Positions 1 to 13,188 of a DNA stretch of 64,000 nt are shown here, piece after piece (within the stretch, counting starts at the first letter, position 1; each line of letters opens with the position of its first letter). The position numbers and the translations under genes are program-made. This stretch comes from Podarcis erhardii (taxonomy: Eukaryota): NCBI GenBank assembly GCA_964252035.1, contig OZ176203.1; one strand, written 5' to 3'. Below the pieces are notes generated by a model, which saw nothing but the letters and a program-made list of their open reading frames with translations, did not search any database and was not told the DNA's origin.

Positions 1-1957
1 GTGTGTCCGCACATTTACCCTGACTCCAATTCTCCACCCAAACACTCCTGTACAGAGCAGGGTGGGAGAGGTAAGTACACATCTTGTTTAGGTTCAGCGC
101 TAGATGAGCCTAATCCCAATCTAGCAATTACTAGTTTGCCGAGGTTCAGGTCTAGTCGAACAGGCAGTTTAACCATTTTGTGCTTTTCAGCTTACTACTC
201 TATCCACAACTGCTCACAGGTCTCCAATTTGTATTTTCTAAATCAGAATCTTCTAACTACTACCACTATTGCTACTAATGGTCTTTTCTAGGAGCCCTCA
301 GTAGATATTGCACTTTGCCATGTAGATCTTGCTCACTTGAATTGTGTGTGATGGTTTATTGCTGGGATTGAATATACTGTTGGGTTGCATTCTGCTTTGA
401 TTCCAGTAAGGTTTCCAGCTTCAGCATGAGCTGCGCTACCATCTGTTGGTGTATTGCTGCTGAAATAGAAGTGGGTTGTCATATTTGTGCAGATGCACTG
501 CATTCCTATTCCTCTTCTAAGGTGTGAACTCTGTGCATTTCCATCTTAGATTCATCAGTGTGCCATCTCTAGACTCCTCCTCAGTCTAGGATCTGTTTTG
601 ATAAAGTTTTCTTTTGTAGACAGACACACTCACTCCAATGCACACAGTCACCGCACAAAAGAGAACAAGACAAAGGGGAAAAAATGAGAGAGGAAGGACA
701 AAAAGGAAGATAGGCAGCAGAGCCATCAGTTTTCATGACTCAAGGAAGCTAACAATACTTTGTGAAAGAATTTGGGTTTTTGCATCAGTTGAGCTCTATT
801 TTTCTTTGCCTCTTGGTTTCAAAGGGTATTCCAGCTATTGTTCAACAGCTTGGCTATGAGTTGCCTTCTAGCACTGTAGAATCATTTCCATAGCATATCT
901 TATAGATAACAGCAACTCTCTGTATCTTATAGTAGGTGAAGAAGACAGTGATGGAATTGGAACATAATACGAAAATGCTGAAAATACATGCAATATTTAA
1001 AAATAATATTGACCCAACCTTTCTCTAGAATTGTACCCCAGGTGGGAAATGCCGTAGCAGGAGGTCTAGGTCATAATCAAGTTTTAGATCTCTTCAGAAA
1101 TTACGTATCAGTCACTGGAACTTGGCTGGCGCAGTAGGCTGTAATATTTTTGCTTAATCAGCTACAGATCCAGGGATGACACATTTGTGATCACCCTTTC
1201 AATAGCAGCAGCATGAAGGATCTATCCTGTTTTTTTCTGTGTGTTTTGTACCTCGGACCTGGCTCAGAGTATCTAGTTTGTATTTCAATGGATCTATGAA
1301 AAGAACATAACAATTCAGAGTTGAATGTTGTTCCCAGAATAGATATTAAATGGCTAAAAGAGGATCGTAACTGCTGGAACAAGTATTCTGTTCAAGGCAG
1401 TAGACTTCTGTGCCCCTCAAGCATTCTTTACTTACCACTACATCTTTAATTTTGGGATGAGGATTTTGTCCCTCTTTCCATCCACCTCTCCATCATTTGG
1501 ATGAGACAGTTCTTCTGTTTCAGTGCAACTTGTTGAGCAATTGCCTCCTTAGCAGGTCTTTTGTAATACACCTTGTCTACCAATCCTGAAACATCAGGGC
1601 AGATAAGCTGTCAAGTACTGTATGCTTCCAGATGCGGTGGGAGGAACACAATGTCATGCTGTTAACAATGTTTTGTCAGCGCAAGCTATCTGCTTGCATG
1701 ATGGAACAATCTCCCCTTTCTTCCCCTTGTTCTCTGTTGTGGGAGGGGGTCTCGCAACACACACACCTCAAGCCATTCAGGGGTGTGGGGGGCCCCCCTG
1801 TTGCGCTACAGGAGACTTTGTTCAGGCTTCCAGTAGTGGAACTGGTTAGTTTAATTTGGCCCTGTATTTCCAAAACTGGGTGGGTGTATTTTCATTTGCT
1901 TTGGGCAAAACTCATTTTGCTGTGGATTTTGCTTGATGAAGCTTTGTCTTATTTCAG

Positions 1958-2034
1958 GTGATCTTTTTGTCTACAAAGGGCTTCTGAACCCATTTTCAGG
2001 ATGATCAGTACAATGTCGTGACACTGGAGTTCTG
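1958..2034 (+). other. BCL9: Candidate BCL9 non-coding 5' UTR exon (77 nt)
   Basis: Acceptor gctttgtcttatttcag| ends at 1957 and donor TG|gtaagc starts at 2035; lies upstream of the first coding exon; contains mini-ORF 2001-2021. No transcript evidence available. Confidence 0.6.
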
Positions 2035-4198
2035 GTAAGCTGCCTTTAGAAGCAAAGGGAACAGGCCAAAAGGCTTGCAGAAATACAGGGTTCCCTACAT
2101 TATATTGAAGAATGAGCTACTGAAATTGGTTTAATAATGGTCTGCTTGGCTGTAACATTTGACAGCATAATATTGTTGGCATCTGTCTGTCTCGAGAGAC
2201 AATGGAGTGTGCCTCCAGGGATGAAGTCAAATGGCTGCATATAATAAGTATATTACAAAAAGAACGAATGGACCATTGATGTCCTGATTGCAGTGAACTC
2301 TGCACTTTGGGTTGAAAGTAACTTTCGTGGATTGTTTCTTCTGAGACAGTGGCATTAACAGAAACGAGGCTGGCAAAGCTTGCTTTTCTATAAGACATGT
2401 GCCCTGTCCAACATGTCCCAAAAGATGACTTGCATTTTAGCTTCATTAACTTAGAAAATAATAATAAATTTTTTCCTTTTGGGATTGATAAGTGAAATTA
2501 GTGCCCATTATATTGGGATGATTTGTAGTAGACAGGAGTGTTTGAATTCATCTCCTGCTTCATATTCTGTGTAGTCTGCTATGGTCTTTTGTCCTCACTG
2601 AAAGCATGCCTACCATCTTGTGTTTGAGTGTTTTACGGGTGAAGGGGTAGAAATACAGCCTGGCTTACAGCAGATTCAGATGTGGCACATCCAAAATGTT
2701 TAAATACGCATGCCTGTCCACTTCTACTAATGCTTCTAGAAGTCTCGTTTCTCAAAACCACCAAGTCTAATTTGTGGGTATTAGCATATGCTCTCGGGCA
2801 GAATGAGTCCTGTGCTTGTGAGAACAAGATCTCACAATAACTCTGTATATGGCTTATGTAAAATACAGTCCGGTAATGCAGATTGGATTGTATTTTTTGT
2901 AGGTTCTTAAGCATCAACATTAGTAATAGCTGTCCCGTGACCTTATCTGAAATTTAATTGGCACATTCTTCTTCTTGCAATGAGCAAAAATAATAAATCT
3001 TTTTTAAATCTCTGTTGCCTTACATACTTCGAGTATGGGGATCCTTTGCCAAATTTGTAGGACTTCCTTCCTTCAGACTTGGAAGCATTTGAGGAAGGAA
3101 TGGTAGAAGGAGGAAAAGAACTTAAATGTCCTGATGCTATCTTCTGATATTAAGATATGTTGATGCTGTGTCATAGAATGACAAAATTTAGTATTACGAC
3201 ATTGTCATATGAAAAAGCTTGCAGTATGTTTAAGCAGCACAAAAGGGGTTTTTTTGCTTTCAAAATAAACTGCTGTGTTTCAAAGAAATCTGACCAGTAA
3301 ATACTACTTTCTTATACTTTTACTTTCTTCATAGCTTATAAATTTATGAATTATGAAAAAATACTTAATTTGAATATTATCATCTAGTGTTAGAGGTTGG
3401 TAATCTAGTTTTCATTCAGATGCAAAAATTGTTCTGATATAAAAACTGTGATAATAAATTGAATCTTATAGAAAATTGTTCCAAAACTCTTCAGCATGAA
3501 GAAGAAAAACATTTTAGATTCCTTTAGTAATAGTAGTGATGAATAAGCCCTGTGTTAAAATCTGCTCAAACACCATAATGTTCAATGTTTCTAACTTTTC
3601 ATTTAAATGTAGATTGAGACATAGTATTTATGGACAGTAGTCTAGAAAATTGGGCCTAGCAACTTTGACATAGGATACTTAGCACTTCGATGCAGTAATT
3701 TTCATGGTGGCTATTGATTATTCAGAAGTCATGAAATGATCCCTCCTCCCATTACCATCTTGTGTTTCACTAGGGTAATTGTTACCTGTTTTTAAGATGT
3801 GCTAATAATTGTGTGATCTTCTAAAAATGTTGCTATATCTTTTTGCAGTGATGTGGCCTGCATAGTACTTTTAGAAAGCTTGAACTGATTGATACGAGCA
3901 ACTTGCTTCTCTACACATAAATGTGTTTGTACATGATCTTGGATTGGAGTACAGAGAAACTTCCTCCCTCTCATCTGTTAGATCTAGCACACCTGGTTGT
4001 TGCTTACGTAGCTAATACCGGAAAAGCATTTATTTTATAATCGGAATGTACATTCAGCTTCCATCTGGTTGAGCTTTCTCATCTTGCCCTTCCAGTTAAA
4101 AAGGTGGAGAAAAAAAGGCCATATACTGATCTCATTTAGTTCTAGATTCCTCCCCTTTTTAATAGTCTTTTTTTGTTCTTTGACTGGGTTTGGTTCAG

Positions 4199-4442
4199 TT
4201 TGCCCTGGAGATGCGAGACTTCCTCACAACAGCAGGAGTCACACATTTGGAGAATGCTGGAGCTGCGAAAGGGAAAGGCCCAGTGCAACAACAGAGAGAA
4301 GCAAAAAGGAAAAAGACAAGCAGACCGACAGCACTGAGGAAAGCAAGGGACAGAAAGTGCTTCAGAACTGCCAGCAGCAACAGAGGAACTTGACAAGAAG
4401 CCCCCCTCAGTGCGTGTGGCTGTGTGCTTAGGATTTCTGTCA
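4199..4442 (+). other. BCL9: BCL9 5' UTR part of first coding exon
   Basis: Pyrimidine tract and ggttcag| acceptor ending at 4198, continuous with the ATG at 4443. Confidence 0.75.
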
Positions 4443-4495
4443 ATGCATTCCAGTAACCCCAAAGTGAGAAATTCCCCATCAGGAAATGCCCAGAG
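4443..4495 (+). CDS. BCL9: BCL9 coding exon 1 (MHSSNPKVRNSPSGNAQS)
   Basis: Matches the known BCL9 N-terminus; donor AG|gtaaa; 53 nt; joins the next exon in frame. Confidence 0.95.
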
Positions 4496-4503
4496 GTAAA
4501 TAT

Positions 4504-4506
<3 letters not shown>

Positions 4507-4540
<34 letters not shown>
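4507..4540. repeat. (AC)17 microsatellite
   Basis: Read directly; begins 12 nt after the exon donor at 4495. Confidence 0.95.
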
Positions 4541-4544
<4 letters not shown>

Positions 4545-6489
4545 TCTCCCTCTCTGTGTGTGTCTCTCTGGTGGCATTATTACATGAATCGCTATTTGCC
4601 TTCTGTACTTTAATTGGAACCCCTGTCATGTGAGTTTCATCTGCTGAGTGCTATTCAAGTTTATTCTGATACGGAGAATTCTCTTCATGTGCTGGTTCTA
4701 TCTGCCTTTATATGATATTTCATAAGAAATTGCAAGTTTTTGCAATCTCTTTTGAGGTTCTTGATTTTGTAGTTGCTTATGTTTTCTTGTTGTTTTTTGC
4801 CCCCATTGAGGATCTCTGGCTCAATCCTCTAATTTGACAAAACAGCCTTTGAGAGGGTGACAGTTTTGACCATTCCACTTGACAGCACACAGTGCTTCCA
4901 CTTCCATTTTACGGGGAAGGTAAATATTAGCACATAGAGGAAGTGTTCCCATGTCACTTCCTTCTTGGTGTTCAGGGGGGAAGCATATTCTTCCTATGGA
5001 CGGAACAAAAACATTTCCCCCCACAAAAATAAGTAGAAGTGCAAAGAAGCATCCTTAGAACACAAAATTGAATGGAAATTGTAGCTATTTTGCTTGGGGT
5101 AACCAGATCTCTTAATTATTATTATTAGTTTATCAGAGCATTAATACCCCAAACTTCACGCCACTTAGGACAACTTACCAAAAAAAAAAAAAAAAAAAGT
5201 TTCATGAAAATGGTAGAAAACAATTTCAAAAGAGGCAGAGTTAGCAGTTTAAAAAATCATTAAAAGCATTATCTGCCTCATATTGTAAAAGCCTTCTGGG
5301 GAAAAAATAGTTATTCAGTAACTGGGGAAAAAAGCTGTGTAGGAAGTGACCAACCATGGGCCAAATGAATATGGTAATCTGGTTGTTGACATGGAGCAAG
5401 TCCTCTCTCATATCTCATCCAGCCACACTTCTACCTTTGATGGGACACAGAGAAGGATCTCTCTTTATGATCTTAGGAATGGTATGAGTGGAGGGGATCC
5501 TTAAAGTATCCTGGACCTAATCCGTTTCAAAAGAATTGTGCCCAGAAGCACATTTGTACCCTGTGTATATTATTGGATTGGGCAAGGGGTAGGTGGGTTC
5601 CTTCTCATCTTTGTTGCCGGTTTTTATTACATTGTATCTGGGAGCTGATTCATATCTTCTGCCACTCATGTGCATCTTACAGCTCTTTCAAGTAATCTAC
5701 GACTCAAAGAAATTGAGTGATCTTACAGACCAGCTTCCATTATCAGGGAGGTCTACCCCTGATCTGGTGTGTTCCTCTTCATGCAAGTTGGCTGCATATA
5801 TATTGTGGCTGCTGACTATAATTATGGATCAGTTCTGAGGTTCAGCTCTTTTTATTCAATATATTTCCCCCACATCTACTGTGCTGATGAAATCTAGTTC
5901 AGTGCTATTTTACAATATTCTTTTGCACTTGTTTTCAGAAAGATGCAATTTTTGCCTCTAACAGTTGAAAGTAACTGAAGCGAGCATTTTTAAAACTTAC
6001 ATTCCGCTGGCAGGTAATGGATAGAAATTCAGAGTTGTGTATAAATTCAGTTGAACTTTCATGGAAAAACATTCCCCCCCCCCCCGACAGTGGAGCTGTG
6101 TTGTTTGAATCCAGATGGGTGGCATTGTGAACTTTATGGTGCCCTGCTTATTTGCTTTGTGCTGGTCTTAGTGTGAGGCATGTCTTTGTACATAGAAACC
6201 ATTGTCTTTATTGACAGAAGTGACAGAGGTACATCCCCATGTGACTGACTGGTTCCTAGGATCTGGGTAGTTGCTGCCTTTCTCTGTTTGCTTAAGTAGT
6301 AATACCTCAAGCTGGATAATAAGGCATTTTTTTAGATAACTGCTGGACAATATGCATGTGGATGAATTTAACTTACCGGTGCTGGCCACACTCTGTAAAA
6401 TAAGCTGAGCTGGTGGCTACTGCTGCGTAAATTGGCATTCTTATACCTTTTATTACAAATTACTCTTCTTCCCCACCTTTCTTTTCCAG

Positions 6490-6806
6490 TAGTCCCAAAT
6501 CAAAGCAGGAGGTGATGGTCCGTCCCCCTACAGTGATGTCCCCATCTGGCAACCCCCAGCTGGACTCTAAATTCTCCAACCAGGGTAAACAGGGGGGCTC
6601 AACTGGCCAATCCCAGCCCTCTCCCTGCGACCCCAAGAGCGGGGGCCACACACCAAAAGTGCTCCCAGGACAAGGAGGAAGCATGGGGTTGAAGAACGGG
6701 GCTGGCAATGGTTCAAAAGGGAAAGGAAAGAGAGAGAGGAGCATTTCAGCGGACTCATTTGAACAAAGAGATGCTGGGACTCCCAGTGATGAATCTGAAA
6801 TCAAAG
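6490..6806 (+). CDS. BCL9: BCL9 coding exon 2
   Basis: ttttccag|T AGT CCC AAA...; SPKSKQEVMVRPPTVMSPSGNPQLDSKFSNQGKQGG...SEIK; donor G|gtatgt; 317 nt. Confidence 0.97.
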
Positions 6807-7152
6807 GTATGTCTACGTGTGAAGGGGCCGAAATATGAGTGGGTGCCAGCTTTTACTGAGAGCCTCTGTGATTTTTTTTAACTTGCTCTGAACCCTAGAA
6901 ATTGTACCAGCCAAAATGAGTCAGTTTTGTATATTGGCATGAAGGAAGATTTTTGACAATTGGATTGGAAGACTTGGAAAAAGCAGCTTCCTGCCAAAGC
7001 ACATGTTCTGAAACTTGTCAAAGTGACCCCCTTTTAAACTAATAGTTCCTCAAGTGTAAAAAGAGGCAAACAATTTGTATTTTCAAGAGTGTTTCGTTTG
7101 ATATGCTTGATAAGAAGGCAGGTCCCACGAACCCCACAGCATACTGTGGTCA

Positions 7153-7411
7153 GTTTTGATACGTGCCGAGCGGTGGGCCTTTCTTCCACTGCAGGCAAAG
7201 GGCTAATTTTCTCAGGAAAAGGGTGTCTTTTCCATAGGTTTTGATATGTGCCTAGCGGTGGGCCTTTCTTCCACTGCAGGCAAAGGGCTACTTTTCTCAG
7301 GAAAAGGGTGTCTTTTCTATAGGTTTTGATATGTGCCGAGCGGTGGGCCTTTCTTCCACTGCAGGCAAAGGGCTACTTTTCTCAGGAAAAGGGTGTCTTT
7401 TCCATAGGTTT
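7153..7411. repeat. Minisatellite, 3 x 85 bp
   Basis: Units start at 7153, 7238 and 7323; 2-4 substitutions between units and no indels. Confidence 0.95.
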
Positions 7412-8897
7412 AAATGCAAGCACCACACTATAAAAAGGCCCAAGTGCCATTCGTAATTGACACAATCTGAGTGTATTCTGTGCTTGGGTATCTCTAGTGA
7501 ATTATGTAATGTCGCATAAGGAGCAGCCATCAAATCTGAGCCTGTATTTATGTAAGTGTTAAAATAATGGGTTTTGCTTTGGTTCTCAAAAACGACACAA
7601 TCTGTTGTTTGTGTGCAGGATATTTAAGTGGGTATTTTTGTTTTTTCTTTGTGTTAATTTCATAGATATGTTAATCCACTGAGACCCTCTTGGGATAGAG
7701 AGGGTTAAAAACTCAATAGAGGAACATTAGTCGTCTCAGAGAAGGCCTATGAGGAAAGGAATAGCTTGTGAAACAAAATTTGGAGTAGGACAGGAAGGTT
7801 GGGAAGAACTAGGTTAATGCTGTGTATCCTTGCCCACTTCAAAATACGATGGGAGTATTCAGGGGAGCTTCGCCCCCAGAGAGGAATTTTTGCTCTAGAG
7901 TAGTGCTTGTTCCTGTATATCCCAGCTCAGTAAGGCTGGTCTCTGAGCAGTCAGATATTTTCACAGCTTATAATTGTTGACCATCATTTCCACTCACTTG
8001 AAATATGGCTTTGATTGGGGTAGGGAAAGTCTTTCTATTGTTACTGTATGGTGTCTTAGACTACAGGAATGTAGCTCCAATCTGTCAGTCTCAGAAGTCC
8101 TGTTCTGCTTGGAATATCATAGGCACTGTTCATGTTACGAGTGTTGTTGCACTTCTGGAAGTGCTATTTATGTAAATCACATGTGCTTGGGACTGTCTTC
8201 AGTGGCTAACATAATTCGTGTGATAGTGGCCAGTGCTCTCCACATAAGCCCAAATGTGTCAAGCTTTGCTTGAATTCTACTCAGTCCTGAGGCTGCTGGG
8301 CTCAAGAGATTCACAGGGGCCACTAGCTGAATTCAAGCGAGCTGAAGCATGCAATTATATCTGGCGGCCCCCCTCCCCCCAATTCCTCTTCTTCTCTTTT
8401 ATTTTACTTTTTGCTTTCCCTTCTGTTATTTGTTATCTTGAAACTTTATTACTTGATTACTGTGTGGTGTGGACTTCTTAAAGTTTCGGAAACCATTTGA
8501 ATCACACTTAGTCTCTGAACCAACTCCCATGTCTCATGTGTTGGGTAAGAGCAATTTAAATGTGAAAATATTACACTAAATATGGTGAGAAAATCTATAC
8601 AGCCAAAATGCTCTGGCCTATGCATATGTTGCTTACACATCAGCTTTATACTGATTTTGAATAGACTCTAGGATTTGACTCCAGTGTATTTCTTGGGAAA
8701 GGCAATGAAGTGGTGTAAAGCTTCTAAGAACAATCTCCTGTGTGCTGTTGTCATTGCTGGTGTGTCAAGGTGGGAGCAGTTTTCCTAGGTTAGCCTTACC
8801 TTGGTAGAATTTATAGTATGTCTTCTAACATCTAAACAACTATGGGCAGGCCATCTCAGTTTGAGGCAAACTGTGGGAAAGTGTAAAAACAAAACAA

Positions 8898-8997
8898 ATT
8901 CCTTCCAGTAGCACCTTAAAGACCAACTAAGTCAGTTCTTGGTATGAGCTTTCGTGTGCATGCACACTTCTTCAGATACACTTCTTCAGATACACTG
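8898..8997. mobile_element. Penelope-like element terminal fragment
   Basis: gtagcaccttaaagaccaactaa...gagctttcgtgtgcatgcacacttcttcagatac resembles reptile Penelope-like termini (from memory); has a local 14-bp tandem duplication cacttcttcagata. Confidence 0.5.
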
Positions 8998-9753
8998 TGG
9001 GAAAGTGTTTTATCTAGCTGAACAATTCAGTAGCTTTGCCGGTGGAGGATTCCACGCACACTCCTGATTTGAAACCAGTCAGATTTTTTTTTTACAACAG
9101 TTGTGACTGATCCGTTCTCTGCCCCCGAGATTCCAATGACTTTTGGCATCAATGGTGAAGGGGTGGGGGGTGGGGAGGAACCATGCACAATATTTTGGTG
9201 GGTGAAGCAGGGTACCCTGATGAGGATGGAGAATCACTCCTTTCCTGTTTTTGGGGGGGGGGATCTTCATGGATCAGCTGAGGAGGGGTGAAAACATGTC
9301 CTTTGTGTGCGCACACATACGAAAGTTTTCATTAAAAGTGTATAGGTTTGTTATACCTGCTGCTGGCATGCAGACCCTGGAGGATTGGCCAAAGATGAAT
9401 GTGGCCCTCAGGCCAAAATACTCTTAAGAGTTTTCCTTGTGGATGTGTGGAAATTGACAAATGTACAAGAGTATACTATGAATGACTGGATTTTAAATCA
9501 CACAAAGTGTAATAGTAGAAGTTGTGGTGGAAATGGGAGAAAAAGCCTGAAGTTGTAAATGCCAGCTGTCAATATTAGGATGGGCATTCATAAGAAATAA
9601 TTGTCTTATATAAATGCCAGAACAAATGAATCTTATGGTGGGTGATTGTACTGCATCTAAAATGAAAGTGCTACTAAGTGAGCTACTGAAAGATGGGAAT
9701 GGAATTTTGATATCTTTTTTGAGACTGAGACCTCTCCACTACTTCCGTTTCAG

Positions 9754-9943
9754 ATCTTGGCTCTGCTGACCATGCAAAATCGCAAGAGTCCCAGCATACT
9801 GCACACTCCTTGGCTCCTTCAAATGCCTCAGCCCCAAGATCTTCCACGCCTTCTCATGGTCAGGCGGCCCCTTCAGAGCCAGGTAGTATGCAGAAGACTC
9901 CATCCAAAGTGGTCTATGTCTTTTCAACAGAGATGGCTAATAA
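9754..9943 (+). CDS. BCL9: BCL9 coding exon 3 (start of HD1)
   Basis: ccgtttcag|AT CTT GGC...; translated by hand as DLGSADHAKSQESQH...QKTPSKVVYVFSTEMAN; donor AA|gtaagt; 190 nt. Confidence 0.97.
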
Positions 9944-10674
9944 GTAAGTGACACTTTAGTTTACATTGAATGTAGTAGTCATAGCCTCCGGTTTAGTTCT
10001 GTTTGCTGCTTATGCACGATGACAAGTTATATCCATTCATGGCTTCCACTTGCAACCATATCTGCTTAAATAGGTACCTGTATCTCCATCACATCACACG
10101 AGGAAGGGCATGAATGTATGTTCTACATTGAAAGAGAAACCTTCTAGGAAAATGAAAAACTGTGTTTTGCCTTGTGGACAATTTGGCACTTAATTGTGCA
10201 TTTGTAAAGCACCCTGATAGAGGGTGGTATAGAAACCAATCAAATCATAAAATAACATCTTCGTTAGATGTTGCCCTCTTTAGTAGAGGTATATTACGTT
10301 TACAGGAAGAGGGCCTACTGAATGGTAACCGACGGACTTTGGAATGCCATTTTTAATGGGGTGTGCCTGGCACCAGCAAGCTTTTTGCGCCAGGGGAAGA
10401 CCTTCCCATTTGCCAAGGTTTTATAGATTTTAGATTATTTTCTTTTTAATTGTACTTTATCCTGATGTTAGTTCTTAAGATTTTATATTGTTTTGTATCT
10501 TGTTTGATTGTGCGAATTTCACTTAGTTTCGTACACTGTCCTGGAATCTTTCTATGAAGAGCGATTAAGAAAAAAGACCGCTAGTATGTTATCAATTACA
10601 GAAAGGGGTGTAGACTTTTGTTGACAGGGACTGACATGCCCTGTGATGTTTCAGCTGCTTGTGTTTGTCTTCAG

Positions 10675-10771
10675 GGCTGCAGAAGCTGTGCTGAAAGGAC
10701 AAGTGGAAACCATTGTATCTTTTCACATTCAGAACATCTCTAACAAGGTGGAACGAAACACTGCACCTTTG
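10675..10771 (+). CDS. BCL9: BCL9 coding exon 4 (rest of HD1, Pygopus-binding)
   Basis: gtcttcag|G GCT GCA...; AAEAVLKGQVETIVSFHIQNISNKVERNTAPL; donor |gtaagt; 97 nt. Confidence 0.97.
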
Positions 10772-10955
10772 GTAAGTAACTTCACAGATGGAGAAGACAG
10801 TGTGGGCAGGAGGGGTGAGGCTGCCAGTGGCTTGACAGAGTGGTTAAAGCATGATTGGCGAAAGGTGAACTCAGAGCTTGGCCTTCCTTATTGCCCTAGA
10901 ACTAGGCTTCATTTGAGCCATGTGAAATTACTAACTTGTCTTCCTTTTTCTTCAG

Positions 10956-13188
10956 AACACTCAGATTCCACCACTTCGAAATGATACAAAGCCCCAAGCT
11001 CCATCGCAGCTGCCTGCTTCTCAAGAGCAGACTCCTCCCCAGAATGCCAAAATGCAGCAGACTCCACCCATTCCAGTGCCGGCACCAGCACCCAAACCTA
11101 CTGGCCCTCCATGTCCTATTGAGCAGGACAATCCTGGATTAGAAAGTAAAGTGATGTCAGCAGGAAGTCCTGCAAACTCCACCCCTCTACAAACTGAAGG
11201 ATTTGGGCAAACTTCAACCCCCAGTAATAGAGCCGTTAGTCCAGTTTCCCAAGGAAGTAACAGTTCCACTGCGGACCCTAAAGGTCCCAACCAGCAGGTA
11301 TCTGGTGGGGACCCACCAAATATGGGTGAAAATCCAGATGGACTGTCCCAGGAGCAGCTGGAGCATAGAGAACGTTCCCTGCAGACTCTGCGAGATATTC
11401 AGCGTATGCTTTTCCCAGATGAGAAGGAGTTCACTGGAGGCCAAGCTGGGCCTCCCCCGCCCAATTCTGGAGTGCTGGATGGTCCCCAAAAGAAGCCTGA
11501 AGGGCCAATACAGGCCTTGATGGCTCAATCCCAAAGTTTAGGTAAAGGGCCAGGACCCCGGACAGAAGGAGGGGCTCCCTTTGGCCCTCCAGGGCACCGA
11601 GACATGCCCTTCTCACCAGATGAAGTTGGGCCACCATCCTTAAACTCTCAGTCTGGTCCTATAGGACCAGAGCACCTGGATCATATGACCCCCGAGCAGG
11701 TGGCCTGGCTGAAGTTGCAACAGGAGTTCTACGAAGAAAAGAGGAGGAAGCAGGAGCAGGTTGTACAGCAGTGTTCTTTACAAGACATGATGGTTCACCA
11801 GCATGGGCCTCGAGGATTGGTCAGAGGCCCCCCACCTCCATACCAGATGACCCCAGGTGAGGGCTGGGGTCCTGGGGGCCCAGAGCCCTTTCCTGAAAGT
11901 ATGACTATGTCCCATTCACTGCCCCCAAGGGGCATGGCCCCCCATCCCAATGTGCCTGGTGGTCAGATGCGGCTGCCTGGGTTTGCTGGAATGATAAACC
12001 CTGACATAGAGGGTCCCAATGTCCCAAACGCCACTTCTAGACCTGGGCTTTCAGGTGTCCCTTGGCCGGAAGATGTGCCAAAAATGCCAGATGGCCGAAA
12101 CTTTCCTCCTGGGCAAGGTGTGTTCAGTGGGCCTGGGCGAGGGGAGAGGTTCCCCAATCCTCAGGGCCTGCCTGAGGAGATCTTTCAACAGCAGCTGGCA
12201 GAAAAACAGCTAGGACTTCCCCCTGGCATGAGCATTGAAGGCATCAGGCCTGGCATGGAAATGAACCGGATGATTCCCTCTCAAAGACACATGGAGCCCG
12301 GCAATAACCCCATCTTCCCACGTATGCCGGTTGAAGGGTCCATGAGCCCCTCCAGGGGAGACTTCCCCAAAGGGATGCCACCTCAGATGGCAGCTGGTAG
12401 GGACTTGGAATTTGGGATGGGCCCTGGTAGCATGAAGGGGGATGTGAATCTGAATGTCAACATGAGTTCCAATCCACCAATGTTACCTCAGAAGATGAGG
12501 GAAGCTGGAGTGGGCCCGGAGGAAATGATGAAAATGCGCCCAGGTGTCTCGGAGATACTCCCCTCGCAGCAGAAAATGGTGCCCATGCCATTTGGTGAGC
12601 ATCCCCAGCAGGACTATGGAATGGGCCCGAGACCTTTCCATCCTATGTCTCAGGGCCCAGGTGTTGGTCTCCGGAATCACAGAGAACAAATGGGGCCCGA
12701 CCAAAGGACTAACAACCGGCTTAGCCACATGCCACCACTACCTCTGAATCCCTCCAGCAACCCAAACAGCCTCAACACAGCTCCTCCTGTTCAACGCAAC
12801 CTCGGACGCAAGCCCTTGGATGTTTCCGTTGGTGCCAGCCAGGTTCATTCTCCAGGCATAAATCCACTGAAGTCCCCCACCATGCGCCAGGTCCAGTCTC
12901 CCATGCTGGGTTCGCCCTCCGGGAACCTCAAGTCCCCCCAGACTCCATCCCAGCTGGCAGGGATACTCGCAGGGCCGACTGCAGCAGCTGCTGCTTCAAT
13001 CAAATCTCCTCCTGTTATGGGCTCTGCTGCCGCTTCTCCTGTCCATCTCAAGTCTCCGTCCCTCCCTGCACCTTCTCCTGGATGGACTTCATCTCCAAAG
13101 CCCCCACTGCAGAGTCCTGGAATACCCCCCAACCACAAAGCGTCTCTTGCCATGTCTTCACCAGCCATGATGGGAAATGTTGAATCAG
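10956..13188 (+). CDS. BCL9: BCL9 coding exon 5 (large exon; HD2 beta-catenin-binding, HD3)
   Basis: ttcttcag|AAC ACT CAG; contains LSQEQLEHRERSLQTLRDIQRMLF and TPEQVAWLKLQQEFYEEKRRKQ; donor G|gtcagt; 2233 nt. Confidence 0.98.

Noticed and set aside
620-830. Possible further BCL9 UTR exon starting after ttttcttttgtag (619)
   Set aside because: The acceptor looks good, but I could not assign a convincing donor, so boundaries are unsupported.
7153-7411. CRISPR-like array
   Set aside because: Units are contiguous with no unique spacers, and the DNA is vertebrate.
10643-10984. 113-aa ORF reading through the BCL9 intron 10772-10955
   Set aside because: The intron is 184 nt (not a multiple of 3); retention gives a premature stop at 10984, so it would be an NMD target rather than a new protein.
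11021-13168. Several minus-strand ORFs inside the large BCL9 exon (likewise 18572-19704 and 50189-50830)
   Set aside because: Shadow frames of genuine coding sequence.
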